64,000 nucleotides of DNA from Octopus bimaculoides. Its lineage: Eukaryota. Of this stretch, positions 11,889 to 24,716 are shown piece by piece. Under the pieces are notes generated by a model. It made no database searches and was not told where the DNA came from. It saw only the letters and a list, made by a program, of their open reading frames with translations. Location: assembly GCF_001194135.2 (NCBI RefSeq), contig NC_068998.1:34560061-34624060 (forward strand), in the 5' to 3' direction. How positions within the stretch are numbered: the first letter of the stretch is position 1; every line of letters begins with the position of its first letter. The position numbers were made by a program, and so were the translations under genes.

Positions 11889-13295
11889 TAAAATTACAAT
11901 AATCTAGAAAAGTGTTAACTACCTCCCCTAAAAAAAAGTCTCAAACCTTCTCTAATGCAGCTCTTATAAAAAGTCTCAGATATTACATTAGTTGGAGTGT
12001 TGAGAGCTAAGAAGAGATTCTTGAATATCTGAGAGTTCTCCTTAAAAAACCCTAACTGCATTATTTTACGAAAGTTATAATACTAGTACTTAATGCACAT
12101 GTAACATGCATTAATCTGTTCTAAATAATCATGAAAATTCTGTAAACATATAGAAAAAAATATTAATAGTTGGGAAAATTCAAATATTATTTCAAATATA
12201 TTTATAGCAGTGAAACATTTCCGAATTAATTATAGGGTACAAACAACATGTTACTTCAATATTGTCAACAAATGTCAACAAATTTATTTGATAACAAGTT
12301 GTAGTAAAGAAAGTACATTTGAAAATTCTTTCTTACATTGAACAAAAAGCATGAATTTTATGAAGTATATTATTGCTTTGACTCTGCATGAGGTGTTTAG
12401 TCAACAACTTGAAAAATGTCAAAATGTTGGTCGATCATTGATGGATCAATGATATAAGCATCAGAAAATTACATGGAGAGTATTTTTCCTAAAGCATCAA
12501 AGAGTGCAATTAACTTTTTTTCTCTTTTGAGATGTTCATTGTAGTATCAACAACAGGTGAATGTCTTTCTAAAGCAACTGAGTGCAACAGAGGAAAGGAT
12601 TAAAAGCACAAAGCAGAAGCTAAATAAAAAAAGAAAGCAAATGGTTTTATCATTTCTCGAACAACCTATTCTTTCATCAGCATTAATAATGACAGTAGTG
12701 AGTGTATCAGCCAGAATTAAAGGCTCTTCAAGAACCAAATGTGGTTTTTGAAGAGGCAGAAAATACTAAGCCGTTGAATAATGAGAAGCAGGAAAACACT
12801 GCACATCATGTATCAGGTGTGATTCATAATTGCAATCTAGGTTCCTTAGATTTTGTAAAAGACATTTAAAAAATATAATTTTCTGAGATATTCTGCAGAC
12901 AGAAATGCTTATACTGGGTTCTAACTAAAGAACTACAGAAATCTTTAGAAAATAGTGGTATCATTGATGCTGAAATTCAAACTAAATGACATAAAAAATG
13001 GCAAGATCTTGTCCACAGAATTCCCAGTTGCATAACAGTTTAGCAATACAAAATCTTGCATTACATGGTGACAAAGAATCCTTGATACATATGCAAGAAG
13101 GTGATTTCAAAAGTGTTCTGTTGTTACTAAAATTGTTAACAAAGTTCAGTTTTCTCATGGAAACACATTCTCTGGGAGACTCGTTGTTACTGCTAAGTGA
13201 ATATATTCAGCTGATGGCTTCTATGGTTCATCACAATCTGCATTATATATCATTCATTCATAAGACCAAATATTTTACCCTCATGTTTGATTCTA

Positions 13296-14568
13296 TTGGC
13301 TTATCCCATAACTAATGTGGTTTTTACGTACGTCTTTTATTTTTCAAAATTAAGATAAACAAAGTTCTTTTTCATTTAAAATATACTCTCCTTCATTTTC
13401 TATAATGCTTTTCAATCTGTCTGGTAGATTTGAAAGGCCCCTCTTCCAAAATTCACTTGTCCGTGACGAAAAATACTCCTCCAGTGCTGTTCTGACTTCC
13501 CTCATCTACAGAATTCATATTTTTTCCATTAAAATGATTTTGAAGACTGATTATCATTTGATAATCAGATGGAGTAATGTCCAGCAAATATGGTAGGTGG
13601 GGTATCGTATCGTTTCCAATTCAAATTGGCCCCAGCCTTTGGAATGTTATCCTCACTGTAAGTGACCAAGCATTATCCTGATGGAAGAATACCTTTCATC
13701 TTGAAATCAAAGATGGTCGTTTTTCTTCTAGCACTGAATTAAGCTGCTCAAGTTACTTGCAGTAGATTTCCTTTGTTATCATTTGGTTTGGGTTTAAAAG
13801 TTCAAAGTAGACTAAACCTTTCATATCCCAACAAACAGATAACAACACATTACATGGGTGAAGATGTTCTTTCACTTGGGGTCCCGGTGTTTCTCCTTTC
13901 CCTGCCCATTGTCTTCAGCACTTGATATTTTTAAAAAGAACTCATTTCTTGTCACAAGTTACTACTTGGTCCAAAAAAGGTTCGTTCATGAGATGTGACA
14001 GCAAAGAAGAGCACACATTCAATCTCTGCACATGATTAGGCTCGGAAAGTTTGTGAGGAACTCATCGACCCCATTTTCTGACTTTTCTGATGACACGCAG
14101 GTGTCAATGAATGATTGAATGACCAAATCCAAGATTCTCTGCTAGTTCCTCAACAGTTACAATGAGATTTTGTTCCAGCAGGGTTTGCAGGATGTCCTCA
14201 TCAAGCTCTACAGATGTTTTAGGACATGACTCGTCTTCTAGGCTGTAGTTTCCGGCTCGGAATTTCTAGAACTACAGTTAACACTGCCTTACACTTATTG
14301 TCTGATTCCCATTTACTGCATTAATACTTCTCTCACTTTCCGTTGCGTTATTTCCTTTATTGAACAAATAAAGCAAAATATACCGAATATGCTCCTTTTT
14401 CATTTGCATTAAAATCAAACTACATTCTTCCAAACTTGCACTAAGAATAAGTAGAATGTAAAATTACTACTTGCTATTATAGAAAGTTGATCCAGGTAGT
14501 TTATACCGTCCTCCTCCGACTTTAAGTTCAAGCACTTGAAAAACCACATTATTTATGGGATGACCCAA
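13296..14568 (-). mobile_element. Mariner family M1, full length (1273 bp), inactive
   Basis: 29-bp TIRs with 3 mismatches, TA at 13294-13295 and 14569-14570; PHLPYLLDITPSDY (YSPDL-type) motif; C-terminus LPDRLKSIIENEGEYI; disrupted frame. Confidence 0.93.
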
Positions 14569-14678
14569 TACTTAAGATCAAGCATAACAAGAGCAAATGG
14601 CAGAAACAATTTATATTGATACATTGATCTTGATATTGATTTTAAAGAGACTTTTTTAACAATAGTTTTTCCTTGGAT

Positions 14679-14680
<2 letters not shown>

Positions 14681-14713
<33 letters not shown>

Positions 14714-15255
14714 TATCCTCATCATCATCATCATTATCCTCATCATCATCACCATTATCCTCATCATTTAGCGTCCACTTTCTATGCTGGCAAAGGTTAG
14801 GCAGTTTGACTGGAACTGGTAAGCCAGAGAGCTGCACCAGGTTCCAATCTGATTTTGCATGGTTTCTATGGCTGGATGTCCTTCCTAACCCCAACCATGA
14901 AGTGTGTAATGGGTGTTTTTTGTCTGCCACTGGTATAGATGTTTTTGTGTGACATTGGCATGGGTGCCAGTTATGTGACACTGACATCAGCCACAACTAT
15001 GATCTCACTTGGCTTACCGAGTCTTCTCATGCACAGCATAACACCAAAAGTCTCAGTTACTTGTCATCACCTCTGTGAGTCTCAACATTCAAAGATCATG
15101 ATTCATCACCCTGTCCCATTTCTTACTGGGTCTACCTCTTCCACAGGTTCCCTTCATATTGGCACTTATTTACACAGCTGTCCTCACCTATTTGCTCACA
15201 TGACCATACTAGTACAGTTGTCTCTCTTGCATACTACATCTAATGCCGCTTATAT
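14681..15255 (-). mobile_element. RTE LINE 3' fragment (ORF2 end, shortened UTR, CAT-type tail)
   Basis: Homologous to 48380-49173; includes the gggtctacctcttccacagg (GRGRP) segment. Confidence 0.8.
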
Positions 15256-16329
15256 AATTAGAACAAACGTGTGGTGAAAACATGGTGGAAATATTTTTGG
15301 ATCAACTTCTAAAAAACAAAATGCTATTATGAAACTGTTTATCTTAGTACTTTGATAGTTTGATATTTATAGCTGATTATAAAATGGTGTTCAATAGAAA
15401 AACTGCAGTTATTTTTATAAACTGCAATAACTATTCTTTGAATTTGGTTGGAATACAGTTTAGGATTAGTGATCAGTGACCACTTGAATCTAGGCTGAAA
15501 TTGTGTGTTGAGTATTATATTCAAGTCACAATCATTTATGCATAATGTTTAATGATATGTTTCTGTTTGCTATCATATTAAAGAAATAGTGTGGGTATTG
15601 GAGGCAGTCAAACAATAAATAGGGAGTGAATGAGTCACAGGAGAAAATGTAAAACAGAACTACAAACACTTTGTAGACAATGGTGAGCTATATACTCCAC
15701 CAGACTCGAAGTCTAGTGTAATCTCAAGCAGCTCTTCTAAGTGCAAATGAAATGATTCACATTAATATTATTGTGATAAAAGTAAGTTCTAGGCTGTTTA
15801 TCAACCATATGAGCAAACACATGTTTATTAAACAACAGTCTTCCAATTAATTCGAATCTGGAAATCAACTGATTATGTATACAAATGTTTCAAATGTCAT
15901 TGTTAAGCAACTGATAAGCAAACAAGAATAGGGATGTCCAAAGATCTCATTAAAGACCACCAGGTTTGGAAATTTTGTCAAAAATTTTTCCAAGTAAAAA
16001 AGTGCTGTTTAAATAAATTAATTTTTAAGTTGTATTTCTTAGAGTGTGAGATCATGATTACACATCTTCATTATGGAGTAGAGTTTGGTATCAAAGCTAG
16101 CTGAGGGTAAAAATTGTTGTTTGCATGCATAAAACAGTGTAGAGATCCATGAAATTCAGCTTATCTGACGATCAAAAAACTATGGGACTAATTGTCACCA
16201 AAATTTGAACATGTTCACGGTGGTGCACCAGCATGACCGCAGCCACTTGGCTGAAACACATAAATAAAAAAAAAAAAATATATGATTAACTAAAAAGAAA
16301 AAAAGGTAGTTAGCTTCTCATGTCATGCC

Positions 16330-16555
16330 AACTCTTAAGAGCCAGTTTCTCAGTTTAATGGCATATATATTTATTCCCCACCTGAACGGGATGCCAGTCC
16401 ATCACAGGATTACTCATTTTTGCCGGCTGAGTGGACTTGAGCAATGTGAAATGAGGTGTTTTGCTCAAGAACACTTTGTGTTGCTTGGTCCAAGGATCGA
16501 AACCACAATCTTACAATCATGAGTCCAACACCCTGACCACTAAGCCACATATCCC
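16330..16555 (-). mobile_element. tRNA-derived SINE with a V-domain-like core
   Basis: Reverse complement has A-box tggcttagtgg, B-box ggtttcgatcc and gatggactggcatcccgttcagg. Confidence 0.6.
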
Positions 16556-16653
16556 CACATATATTGATGAGACTGATACAATGGCCAATCAGGCATTGAA
16601 ATTATCCCAGTGTTCATACTTATCCTCAACCAAACCCTCTTTTTTTTACTTAC

Positions 16654-16721
16654 AAATATATCTGATTTCAAAATGTTTGGGGGATGGGGTGCTTCCTGTA
16701 CTCTGATCCCAGCAACTACAG
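16654..16721 (-). CDS. Candidate exon (A)VVAGIRVQEAPHPPNILKSDIF
   Basis: Donor TTT|GTAAGT, acceptor cttgtgcag|, phase 1 to 0, fits after 22353-22431. Confidence 0.3.
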
Positions 16722-18363
16722 CTGCACAAGCTTGCAGCACTCATGAATAAACCCTACCATCTGAGTGATACTTTCAAAATGTGTTTCCCCATTTCCTATT
16801 TTAGCATTGCATCCTTGAACACACACACACACACTTCATAGTATAGAGTATTATACATCCGTTTCAGTGAATCTTGCACATCAGTTTCACAATGAGTATT
16901 AAATAACTTGATATTAACAAGCATCAAGGTTAAGTGACACAATGTGCTCTTCAGAGAAAGCTGGTATGGAAAACAATATAGTGTCTGCTCTCTATTACTA
17001 GAGGTCATATCCATTTCGTGGGTGCTATGAAAAAAAGCGAAGCAAAGTCCAGAAAGATAAAGTGAGCAACGGATTAGCAAGACTTATTCCCTTTGGCTCT
17101 CAAGAAATTGAGATGCTGTTAAGCAGCAAGAGTTTGGATGACAATATATGCAGGGATTTAGGGGTTGATATGTGTGTAGGGTTTTTTCAAAGGGATTGAT
17201 ATGTTGGGCAGGTGCCCAAGCCTTTAAGCACATGTTTGAGTGCATATATATATATGTGTGTTCATTTGTATACATTTTGATTAAGTGCTTTGCTAGGTCC
17301 TCAGGTTGTAATAATGAGTGAGTTGAAGGTAAAGAAGTTAGAGATTAAAGAGATGTTGGGGCCCATGAGTAAGATAATATATGCCTTTTCTCATGTGAGG
17401 AAGGGCTAAAAATCTCATTCTTGTAGCTTAGGTAATGTCTGGGTGCTGCACTTTCTGACCAGCCATCACTGAAAAGCACATGCTGTCACTTTACCATACT
17501 GTTATCTAATATCTGATTATTTAAAAGCCCAAGTTAAGACCAGTAGAAATGGATCCATAATACTGTATATTTTTATTAACATACCCACTCTATTGCTGAA
17601 TATATGAGTGTGTATTATTTTCTGGTTTATGGATTCTTAAACAACCTTATAACCACACACACACATACACACATACACATATGTATGTGTGTATATATGT
17701 ATATCTATATATATATATATATATATATATATNNNNNNNNNNNNNNNNNNNNNNNNNNNNNNNNNNNNNNNNNNNNNNNNNNNNNNNNNNNNNNNNNNNN
17801 NNNNNNNNNNNNNNNNNNNNNNNNNNNNNNNNNNNNNNNNNNNNNNNNNNNNNNNNNNNNNNNNNNNNNNNNNNNNNNNNNNNNNNNNNNNNNNNNNNNN
17901 NNNNNNNNNNNNNNNNNNNNNNNNNNNNNNNNNNNNNNNNNNNNNNNNNNNNNNNNNNNNNNNNNNNNNNNNNNNNNNNNNNNNNNNNNNNNNNNNNNNN
18001 NNNNNNNNNNNNNNNNNNNNNNNNNNNNNNNNNNNNNNNNNNNNNNNNNNNNNNNNNNNNNNNNNNNNNNNNNNNNNNNNNNNNNNNNNNNNNNNNNNNN
18101 NNNNNNNNNNNNNNNNNNNNNNNNNNNNNNNNNNNNNNNNNNNNNNNNNNNNNNNNNNNNNNNNATAGATGCTCTCTCCCACTTGGATTTAATATGTTGC
18201 CACATTTATAATATGTCTTTTTTCTACATTTTCTACATTTTCGTGCAGCTGAAGATTGCTCTTCATATTGCATTTAAGGTAATGCTCACATTACTTAAAT
18301 AAATTGAAGTAGCATGAAACGTGCGTACTGCAATCACTTTTGAAATCCGTGTTTCTTATTGTT

Positions 18364-18397
<34 letters not shown>

Positions 18398-19814
18398 GCA
18401 CACACATACACATACACATACACACTTACATGTATGCATACATACATACATAAACACTCAAACACACACACACATGGATGGAAGGATATGTTCTTCCAAT
18501 TTCTGGAGGCTACAAAGACATTTAAAAAGAGAAACATCTTGTTCTTTTCTTTACTCTCTTATCTCACTCTGCCTCAGTCTGCCTGTCTCTCACTTTCTCC
18601 TCCCACTCTCTCTCTCTTCCCTCCCACACACTCTCTCTTTCTCTCTCTCTCTTCTCCCACACTCTCTCTTTCTCTGTCTCGATTGTTTCTCTTTTGGTCT
18701 TTTCTTTTTAAATGCAAATAGTATCAGAGACTCTCTTCTATCAATTATGACTTTTTGGCTTCATACAGATACTTAAATTGATTAAATAAATAGGACAACA
18801 GGATATGATGGAGATTTGGCAGCTATTTCTTGGTCAACCATCATGCAGAGGCGTCTACATCATAAATTTGTAGATAATTGCAAACAGTTAATGATGTTAT
18901 ACCACTGTGCATCTACGGTTAGGATTAGAGTTATGTAAGCCTATAATCAAAAGCATTCCAGCCATGACACCCTATCTTTAATTTCACACTCCATAGAATG
19001 TGGTATCGGCTGCTATTTCTTGCAGGCTGAGCAACCATGCAAGCACTTCCTCTTTAATTCTTGGATTACAGAAAGGTGTGATAGATGTTGAGCTGTTGCA
19101 TTTACAAGTGCACATGGCAAGGCAAGTAATAAAAACTCCCACGTCATTACTACAATTGTTGATGGCTGCTTAATTCAGAGGCTGACCAACACATCTGAAA
19201 CTAATTCTGCTACAAATACATCCATCAAACCAACCAGCCAACCAGCCAACCAGCCAAGAGCAACCTTATATGGTAATCTGCTATGTTCTATATTTCATTC
19301 TACTGGTTAAATTATTAGCCAGTTCTTTTATTTCCATACTCTTTCACTAATTTCATCTTCCGGACTGCAGTATTACTGAGGCACTATCTTCCATGTTGGA
19401 AGGTCTTGGCAAACTGAAACATTGATCAGCCTTCAATGTACAATTGGAAATTGCTTCACACTTGAAATGTAGTACACTTGAAAAATGCATACATGCCTTG
19501 TGCTCCTGAATCCCTTCTTCTTAAAAGTGAAATGTCATGCTTTGGATTTGGGCCATGCTGGGGCATACCTTCAAGAGTTTCAGTCAATAATAGTAATACA
19601 AGTACTTAGGCTCATTTAATTTATCTCTTTTAAATAAAGTCATGTGTTAAGTAATTTGCAAAAACTTATGTTTCCATCAATAATGCCATGAAATGAAAAA
19701 TGGTAAGAGAGATTGACACAGAAACACAGAAGAAGTATATAATTGGTATTTCATTTTAATATGGCTGCTATCATCACTGTCTATTTAGTTTTTGTTGTTG
19801 TAGTTGTTATCTTG

Positions 19815-19995
19815 AAATTCAGACTACTTCATGGTCCCATCAGACAAAATGGGAAAGGTGTTGTCCTGGAGGATGGTGAATGAGACGTACTGGAACAACC
19901 TCTCCTACTCACAGGGCTTGCATTTACAGATAGTCACCTCTACCCCAATAGCAGGTGTTTTTGACATGATTCAGGAGTCAAAAACACCTGAGGTC
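19815..19995 (+). repeat. Unclassified interspersed repeat, copy 1
   Basis: Aligns by eye with the reverse complement of 53690-53875. Confidence 0.65.
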
Positions 19996-20124
19996 TCCAC
20001 TGACTGAACTCCTTTCAATGTATTACTTCTTAAAGTGTAAATTTGCTAGGATTTTAAACCTATTCACACTGCTATATATTTTCGCAGATGCACATACATA
20101 AACAAATACATGTGTACACAGACA

Positions 20125-20280
20125 TGCATATGGCTGTAGTTAAGAAGTTCATTGCATACCCACATAGTTTCGGGTTCAATCCTACCATGTGGCACTTTGG
20201 GCAAATATTTTCTACTATGGCTTCTGGTTGATGAATGCCTTGTTGGTGAAATTGGTACTTGGAAGCTATATGGAAACTAG
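20125..20280 (+). mobile_element. SINE type A head, directly before the mariner palindrome
   Basis: tggctgtagttaagaag...gggttcaatcctac...ggcactttgggcaaat. Confidence 0.7.
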
Positions 20281-20286
20281 TATATA

Positions 20287-21183
20287 TGAGGTTTGATCAA
20301 TAAGTATCCAGACTGTTGCCATAGTAACGAAGCTAAAGCATGCAGAGTAAAGCTGCTTGGCACAGATTGACCTGGAACTCTGCTGTGCATGTGCACTAAC
20401 TTATAACATTCTAGCTTACTTCCACTGTTTAGAGCAGTGCTTGGAAGGAAGGTGTGTAGCTTGTGATTGTCGCATTGACCATGACAGAGAAAATTGCATG
20501 ATGATTCCTGCTCGGAGGCATACGCAAGGTTGCAGAAAATGTATGGAGAGGAGTGTATGAGCTGCACACAAGTGCATGAATGGTTCAGACGATTCCCAAG
20601 ATGGCCAAAAAAATGTCAATATTGACGAACGTTCTCAGAGACTCGCAACCAGCAGAAATGAGAAAAACATCGCAGATGTGCATGCAGCTGTAAAGGGAAA
20701 TCATCGAATCACCATCCATGAGTTATCAGAGGATGAGCATGATTAATTATGATTCAGTTCAGTCCATTATCACCGAAGATTTGGGTATGGAGATGTGTGT
20801 CTGCCAAGTTTGTGCCAAAACTGCTATCAGGTAACCAAAAAGACACTTGGGTTTCAGTTGCACAAGATCTCCTTGATTGTGTCAAAAACAATTAAAAGTT
20901 TTTGGAAACTTTGTGTAGGCCTCTGAGCAGGTATTGCCAAGTTTTTGACAAAATTTGAGGCACAGTCTCTCCTCAACTTGCTCTGTCATGGTCATTGCAA
21001 TGATTACATGCTACACACCTTCCTTCCACATACTTCTGTAAATAGCAGAAGTGAACTAGAATGTTAAAAGTTAGTGCACATGCACAGCAGTGTTCAAGGT
21101 CAATCTGGGTCAAGCAGCTTCACTTTCCATGCGTTAGCTTCGTTACTATAGCAACAGACTGGATACTTATTGATCAGACCATG
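20287..21183. mobile_element. Mariner M4 derivative made of two inverted 5' ends
   Basis: About 205-bp inverted arms, TA on both sides. Transposase N-terminus on + (WFRRF...SAKFVPKLL) and a second N-terminus on - (MTEQVEERLCLKFCQKLGNTCSEAY). Confidence 0.85.
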
Positions 21184-21678
21184 TATATACATGTATCAGT
21201 GCATGGGTGTTTATCTGTGTGAGTGTGTGTCTCAATCTGTGTGCGCACATGCATGTGTGTCTCTGTATGTGTTAGAGAGAGCATGTGTGTCTGTGGTTGT
21301 GTGCATGTTGGTATGCATGTGTATGTATGAGTGTGTATATGTATGTATCAAGGGGTGCATGCATGTATATGTGTTTGTGCATGTGTGTAAGTGCTTTTAT
21401 ATGTGTGTTTGTAGCTTTGTCATTGCATTGACACTCTTTTTCTGTATGGCTAAAGTAAGCAAAGATACCAACACCAATTCAACATGCAAAGCACTTTAAA
21501 AACAAGTAAAGGTTTGCATCAGGAAAGGCTTCCAGTTGTAGAATACTGCTTAAAGACATTTCATCCAGCTCATGAGTGTATAAAAATATGGACATAAAAA
21601 CAATGATGACAGTGACAATGATGGTGACGATGACGGTGACGATGTGCATGTGTGTGTGTGTGCGCGTGTGTGCGCGTG

Positions 21679-21724
<46 letters not shown>

Positions 21725-21769
21725 TGTCTGTCAGTAAGTCTGTCTGTGTTTGTGTCTATGTGTGTGTGA

Positions 21770-21935
21770 GACAAGCAGCCACACAGTTTCCATCAACCAA
21801 ATTCCACTCATATAGGATTAATTCATTTGAGGTTATGAGGTTAATACCCTTGCTCGAGGTGCCCTACATTGGTACTGAACCTGAAACCATGCAGTTGGGA
21901 AGCAAATTTCTTACCACACAACCACTCCTGCCCCT
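21770..21935 (-). mobile_element. SINE type A head
   Basis: gaacctgaaaccatgcagttgggaagcaaatttcttaccacacaaccac. Confidence 0.7.
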
Positions 21936-22352
21936 GCAAAACAACCTATAAGATTGAAAAACAAACTTCTTAAATACACAGCTGCATATTTTGTTTGCAT
22001 TTGAATGGACATCTTTATTACATTCTCTTTTGCATTTAGCATATCAGCAGTTTAATACATGCAAATATATTTAAAAATATTTCCACGTCATTGTAGAAAT
22101 ATTGCTGAGCTATAAAGTCAAGTTTTTATGCTTTATTTATCATTTTTGTGGAGGAGGTGCGAGCATGGTCTGGTGCTGTCTATTATAACTGTTTCTATTA
22201 TAACTGTTTCTCTTATAACTGAATCCCACAGTAGCACCCAAGCTTAGCTTAGTATTAACAAGTTATGATCAATTTTCAGTGAGATCAATCAATAAAAATC
22301 AATGTTACAGTAATGCCAATGCTTAGCACAAAACCATTCCATCATGTGTTAC

Positions 22353-22431
22353 CTTCTTTCAACTCAGTGGTCTGAGCTCTTGGGAAATTTGCAAACTCTG
22401 ATAAACCTTGTGCATCATTAATATAATATTT
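22353..22431 (-). CDS. Candidate exon KYYINDAQGLSEFANFPRAQTTELKE (alternative acceptor gives 22353-22441)
   Basis: Donor AAG|GTAACA; only one frame is open to the donor; acceptor ccttccag| or, 10 nt upstream, gataaaag|. Confidence 0.4.
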
Positions 22432-22474
22432 CTGGAAGGCCCTTTTATCAGAGAAGAAATAATGATTTCAACTT

Positions 22475-22675
22475 TTGGTACAGGACCAGTAGTTTTGAGG
22501 GAAGGGGAAAGTCACCAACATCGACCCCAGTACTTGACTGGTACTTATTATTTTGATCTAAAAGGGATGACAGGCAAAGTCAACCTCTGTGGAATTTGAA
22601 CTCAGAACGTAATGCATCAAAAGAAATGCTGCTAAGCATTTTCTCCAAAGTGCTGAAGATTCTGTTAGCTCACCT
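22475..22675 (-). mobile_element. tRNA-derived SINE with a Nin-domain-like core
   Basis: Reverse complement contains gagttcaaattccacagaggttgactttgcctgtcatcccttttagatcaaaataataagtaccagtc; matches 37958-38108. Confidence 0.65.
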
Positions 22676-23504
22676 CCTGATCAGAGAAGAAATAATAAAA
22701 AGTGCAATGATATGATTTTTTATATTAGTAATATCCGATTTTGACATAAACCAGTTCTTTCTTAATGGTATCTACAAAGTTAGTGGATAGATAGAAATCT
22801 TAGAATAGAGGAATACAGACCACAATGTCATGTGTTTAATTATGCTGTTTTATTTTGTGAATTCAGATTTTGCTGAGGTCAAATTTTCCTTCCATTCCTT
22901 TAGGTTGACAATTTAAGGTATCAGTCATCTGGTAAACTATAAAATTAAGCTTGTTGTGTCTTGGGAGGATCATTATGCCAATAAAACTAAGCTTAATCTT
23001 AATCATATATAGTAAATGTTTCAATGGTATGACAAAGAAGAAAATTGTTTATCTTTGTTTAGAAATAAAAGTTCCTTATTCAAATTCAGCTTGGTATAGT
23101 GTAAATATTCAGGAATAAAGTACTTTATGGTAATCAGAGATAAAATTAATAAAAACAGTATGCAGGTGCAAACAATACTTTCTAACATATAGATACCTCA
23201 GTCGTTGGTGTAATCATACTATATCCCCAAATTTCATAGGAGGAATCTAGAAAGGTAGGAGACAGAAGGGTATTTGGCTGTGAAATGCTGCCCCACAAAG
23301 TCCATTCAACACATGCCAACATGGGAAAGCAAATATAAGCAATGATGATAAAGACAAGCAGAAGGCCTTGAATTTTGGGAATGGATGTAATCTATTGAGA
23401 TCGACTCAAATTCTTGAGTGACACATATCTTATTGACTTGAGATGGATGAACAGTAAAGTTACCATGGCAAAATATGAAATCAGGAAAGTTATTTACGTA
23501 TTTT

Positions 23505-23950
23505 TTCTCTTTGATCTGTTTCATTCATTGGACTGCGTCCATACTTGAGCAACACAATGATTAGTCAAACAAATCGACCGCTGTTATTTTTGTTTTTTTA
23601 AGTCTTATCCTTCATTTATCAGTTTCTTTTACTGAACTGGTAAGTTATGGGGACATAAACAAACCAACTCCAGTTGTCAAACTGTGGGTATAGGACGGAC
23701 ACACACACACATACACACACACACATGCAAGCATACACACACATGCATGCTCAGAAACATAGACACACACGCATGTACATATGTATATATGAAGACTTTC
23801 TTACAGTTCTCATCTAGCAAATACACACACAAAGCATTGGTCAACCTGGGTTTATAGTAGATGATATTTGCCCCAGGTGCCAGGCCAGTGGAACTGAACC
23901 TGAAACCACATGGCTGCAAAGTGAACGTCTTGACAAAACAGCCATGCCTG
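23505..23950 (-). mobile_element. SINE type A, full length, diverged
   Basis: Head ends aaaacagccatgcc; internal (CA)n; tail gactgcgtccatacttgagc. Confidence 0.8.
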
Positions 23951-24716
23951 CATCTTTATATAAGAATATATATACACTAAATACATAACTAAGTACCACA
24001 AGGCAATCTGTTTGACCCTCTAACAATTCTACTAATCTGCTATCGATTATGTGGACTTAGATATTAAAATATCTTTCATCTCCAAAGATGAAAAACATAC
24101 AATAACTCACCTCAGATATTTAGACATTTAATCAAAGAGATAAGTGCCAAATGTCTGTAAAGTTTTCCTTCTAATTTTCTTGACCAAGAAACTTTCTAAA
24201 AACTTCAGAATTCTGCTCATAGCATACATCTTATCATAAATTTCGCCACCTTCATAAAGGGAGATTTGCCAATACTGACCATTACTATCCTCTTTACTCT
24301 GTACTATTTCTTTTGTTGTTTTTGTTTTTGGAACCATTAAAAGTTAAATATTGTGTTTCCTTTTATATCATAAATAAGGAACAACAGCATCAGAAGTTAC
24401 TTGTTTCCAATTTACCAATAATTTGTTTATTGCACTTCTGACAGCAAAAGTGGCACAAATGTGTTTACTACTTGATGTAAGAAAAATATCAGAGGCTACT
24501 TCACTGAAAGTAAAATTGTTATTTTGTTTCCGTACTTTTGTTTACATCCTTTACCGACATAAATTAAAAGATTTACACACAAAAATGCACATGGCCACTA
24601 ACTTTCATACATATACACACATACACACCTACGCACTTATTCATACAGAGACATAAAATCTATCCGTTCATACATATACTACACACATATACAAATATAC
24701 GTATATATAAACGCAG

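Larger units (their letters stand above)
8899..11966 (-). mobile_element. Mariner family M2, about 1.3 kb once two nested insertions are removed
   Basis: C-terminus HQDNVPVYSSILVANYL...DLASCDF...CIEVRGSYFEGD at about 8975-9600; N-terminus ELVEKIPNFLYDD...EDLNMGKIYVKFA at 10821-11180; degenerate TIRs sharing tttgagact at both ends. Confidence 0.75.
12400..15470 (+). pseudogene. hAT transposase relic (ZMYM1/DUF4371-like) split by mariner M1 and an RTE
   Basis: SLAIQNLALHGDKESL and KYFTLMFDS lie before the mariner, EQMAETI..DFKETFL after it, and INCNNYSLNLVG (CxxHSLNL-like) after the RTE. Confidence 0.6.

Noticed and set aside
14553-14996. 147-aa ORF with poly-Asp
   Set aside because: It is the RTE UTR plus its (GAT)n tail.
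18249-18278. Plus-strand 30-nt pseudo-exon LKIALHIAFK with strong splice sites
   Set aside because: No partner exons found on that strand and such sites arise by chance; an antisense gene cannot be excluded.
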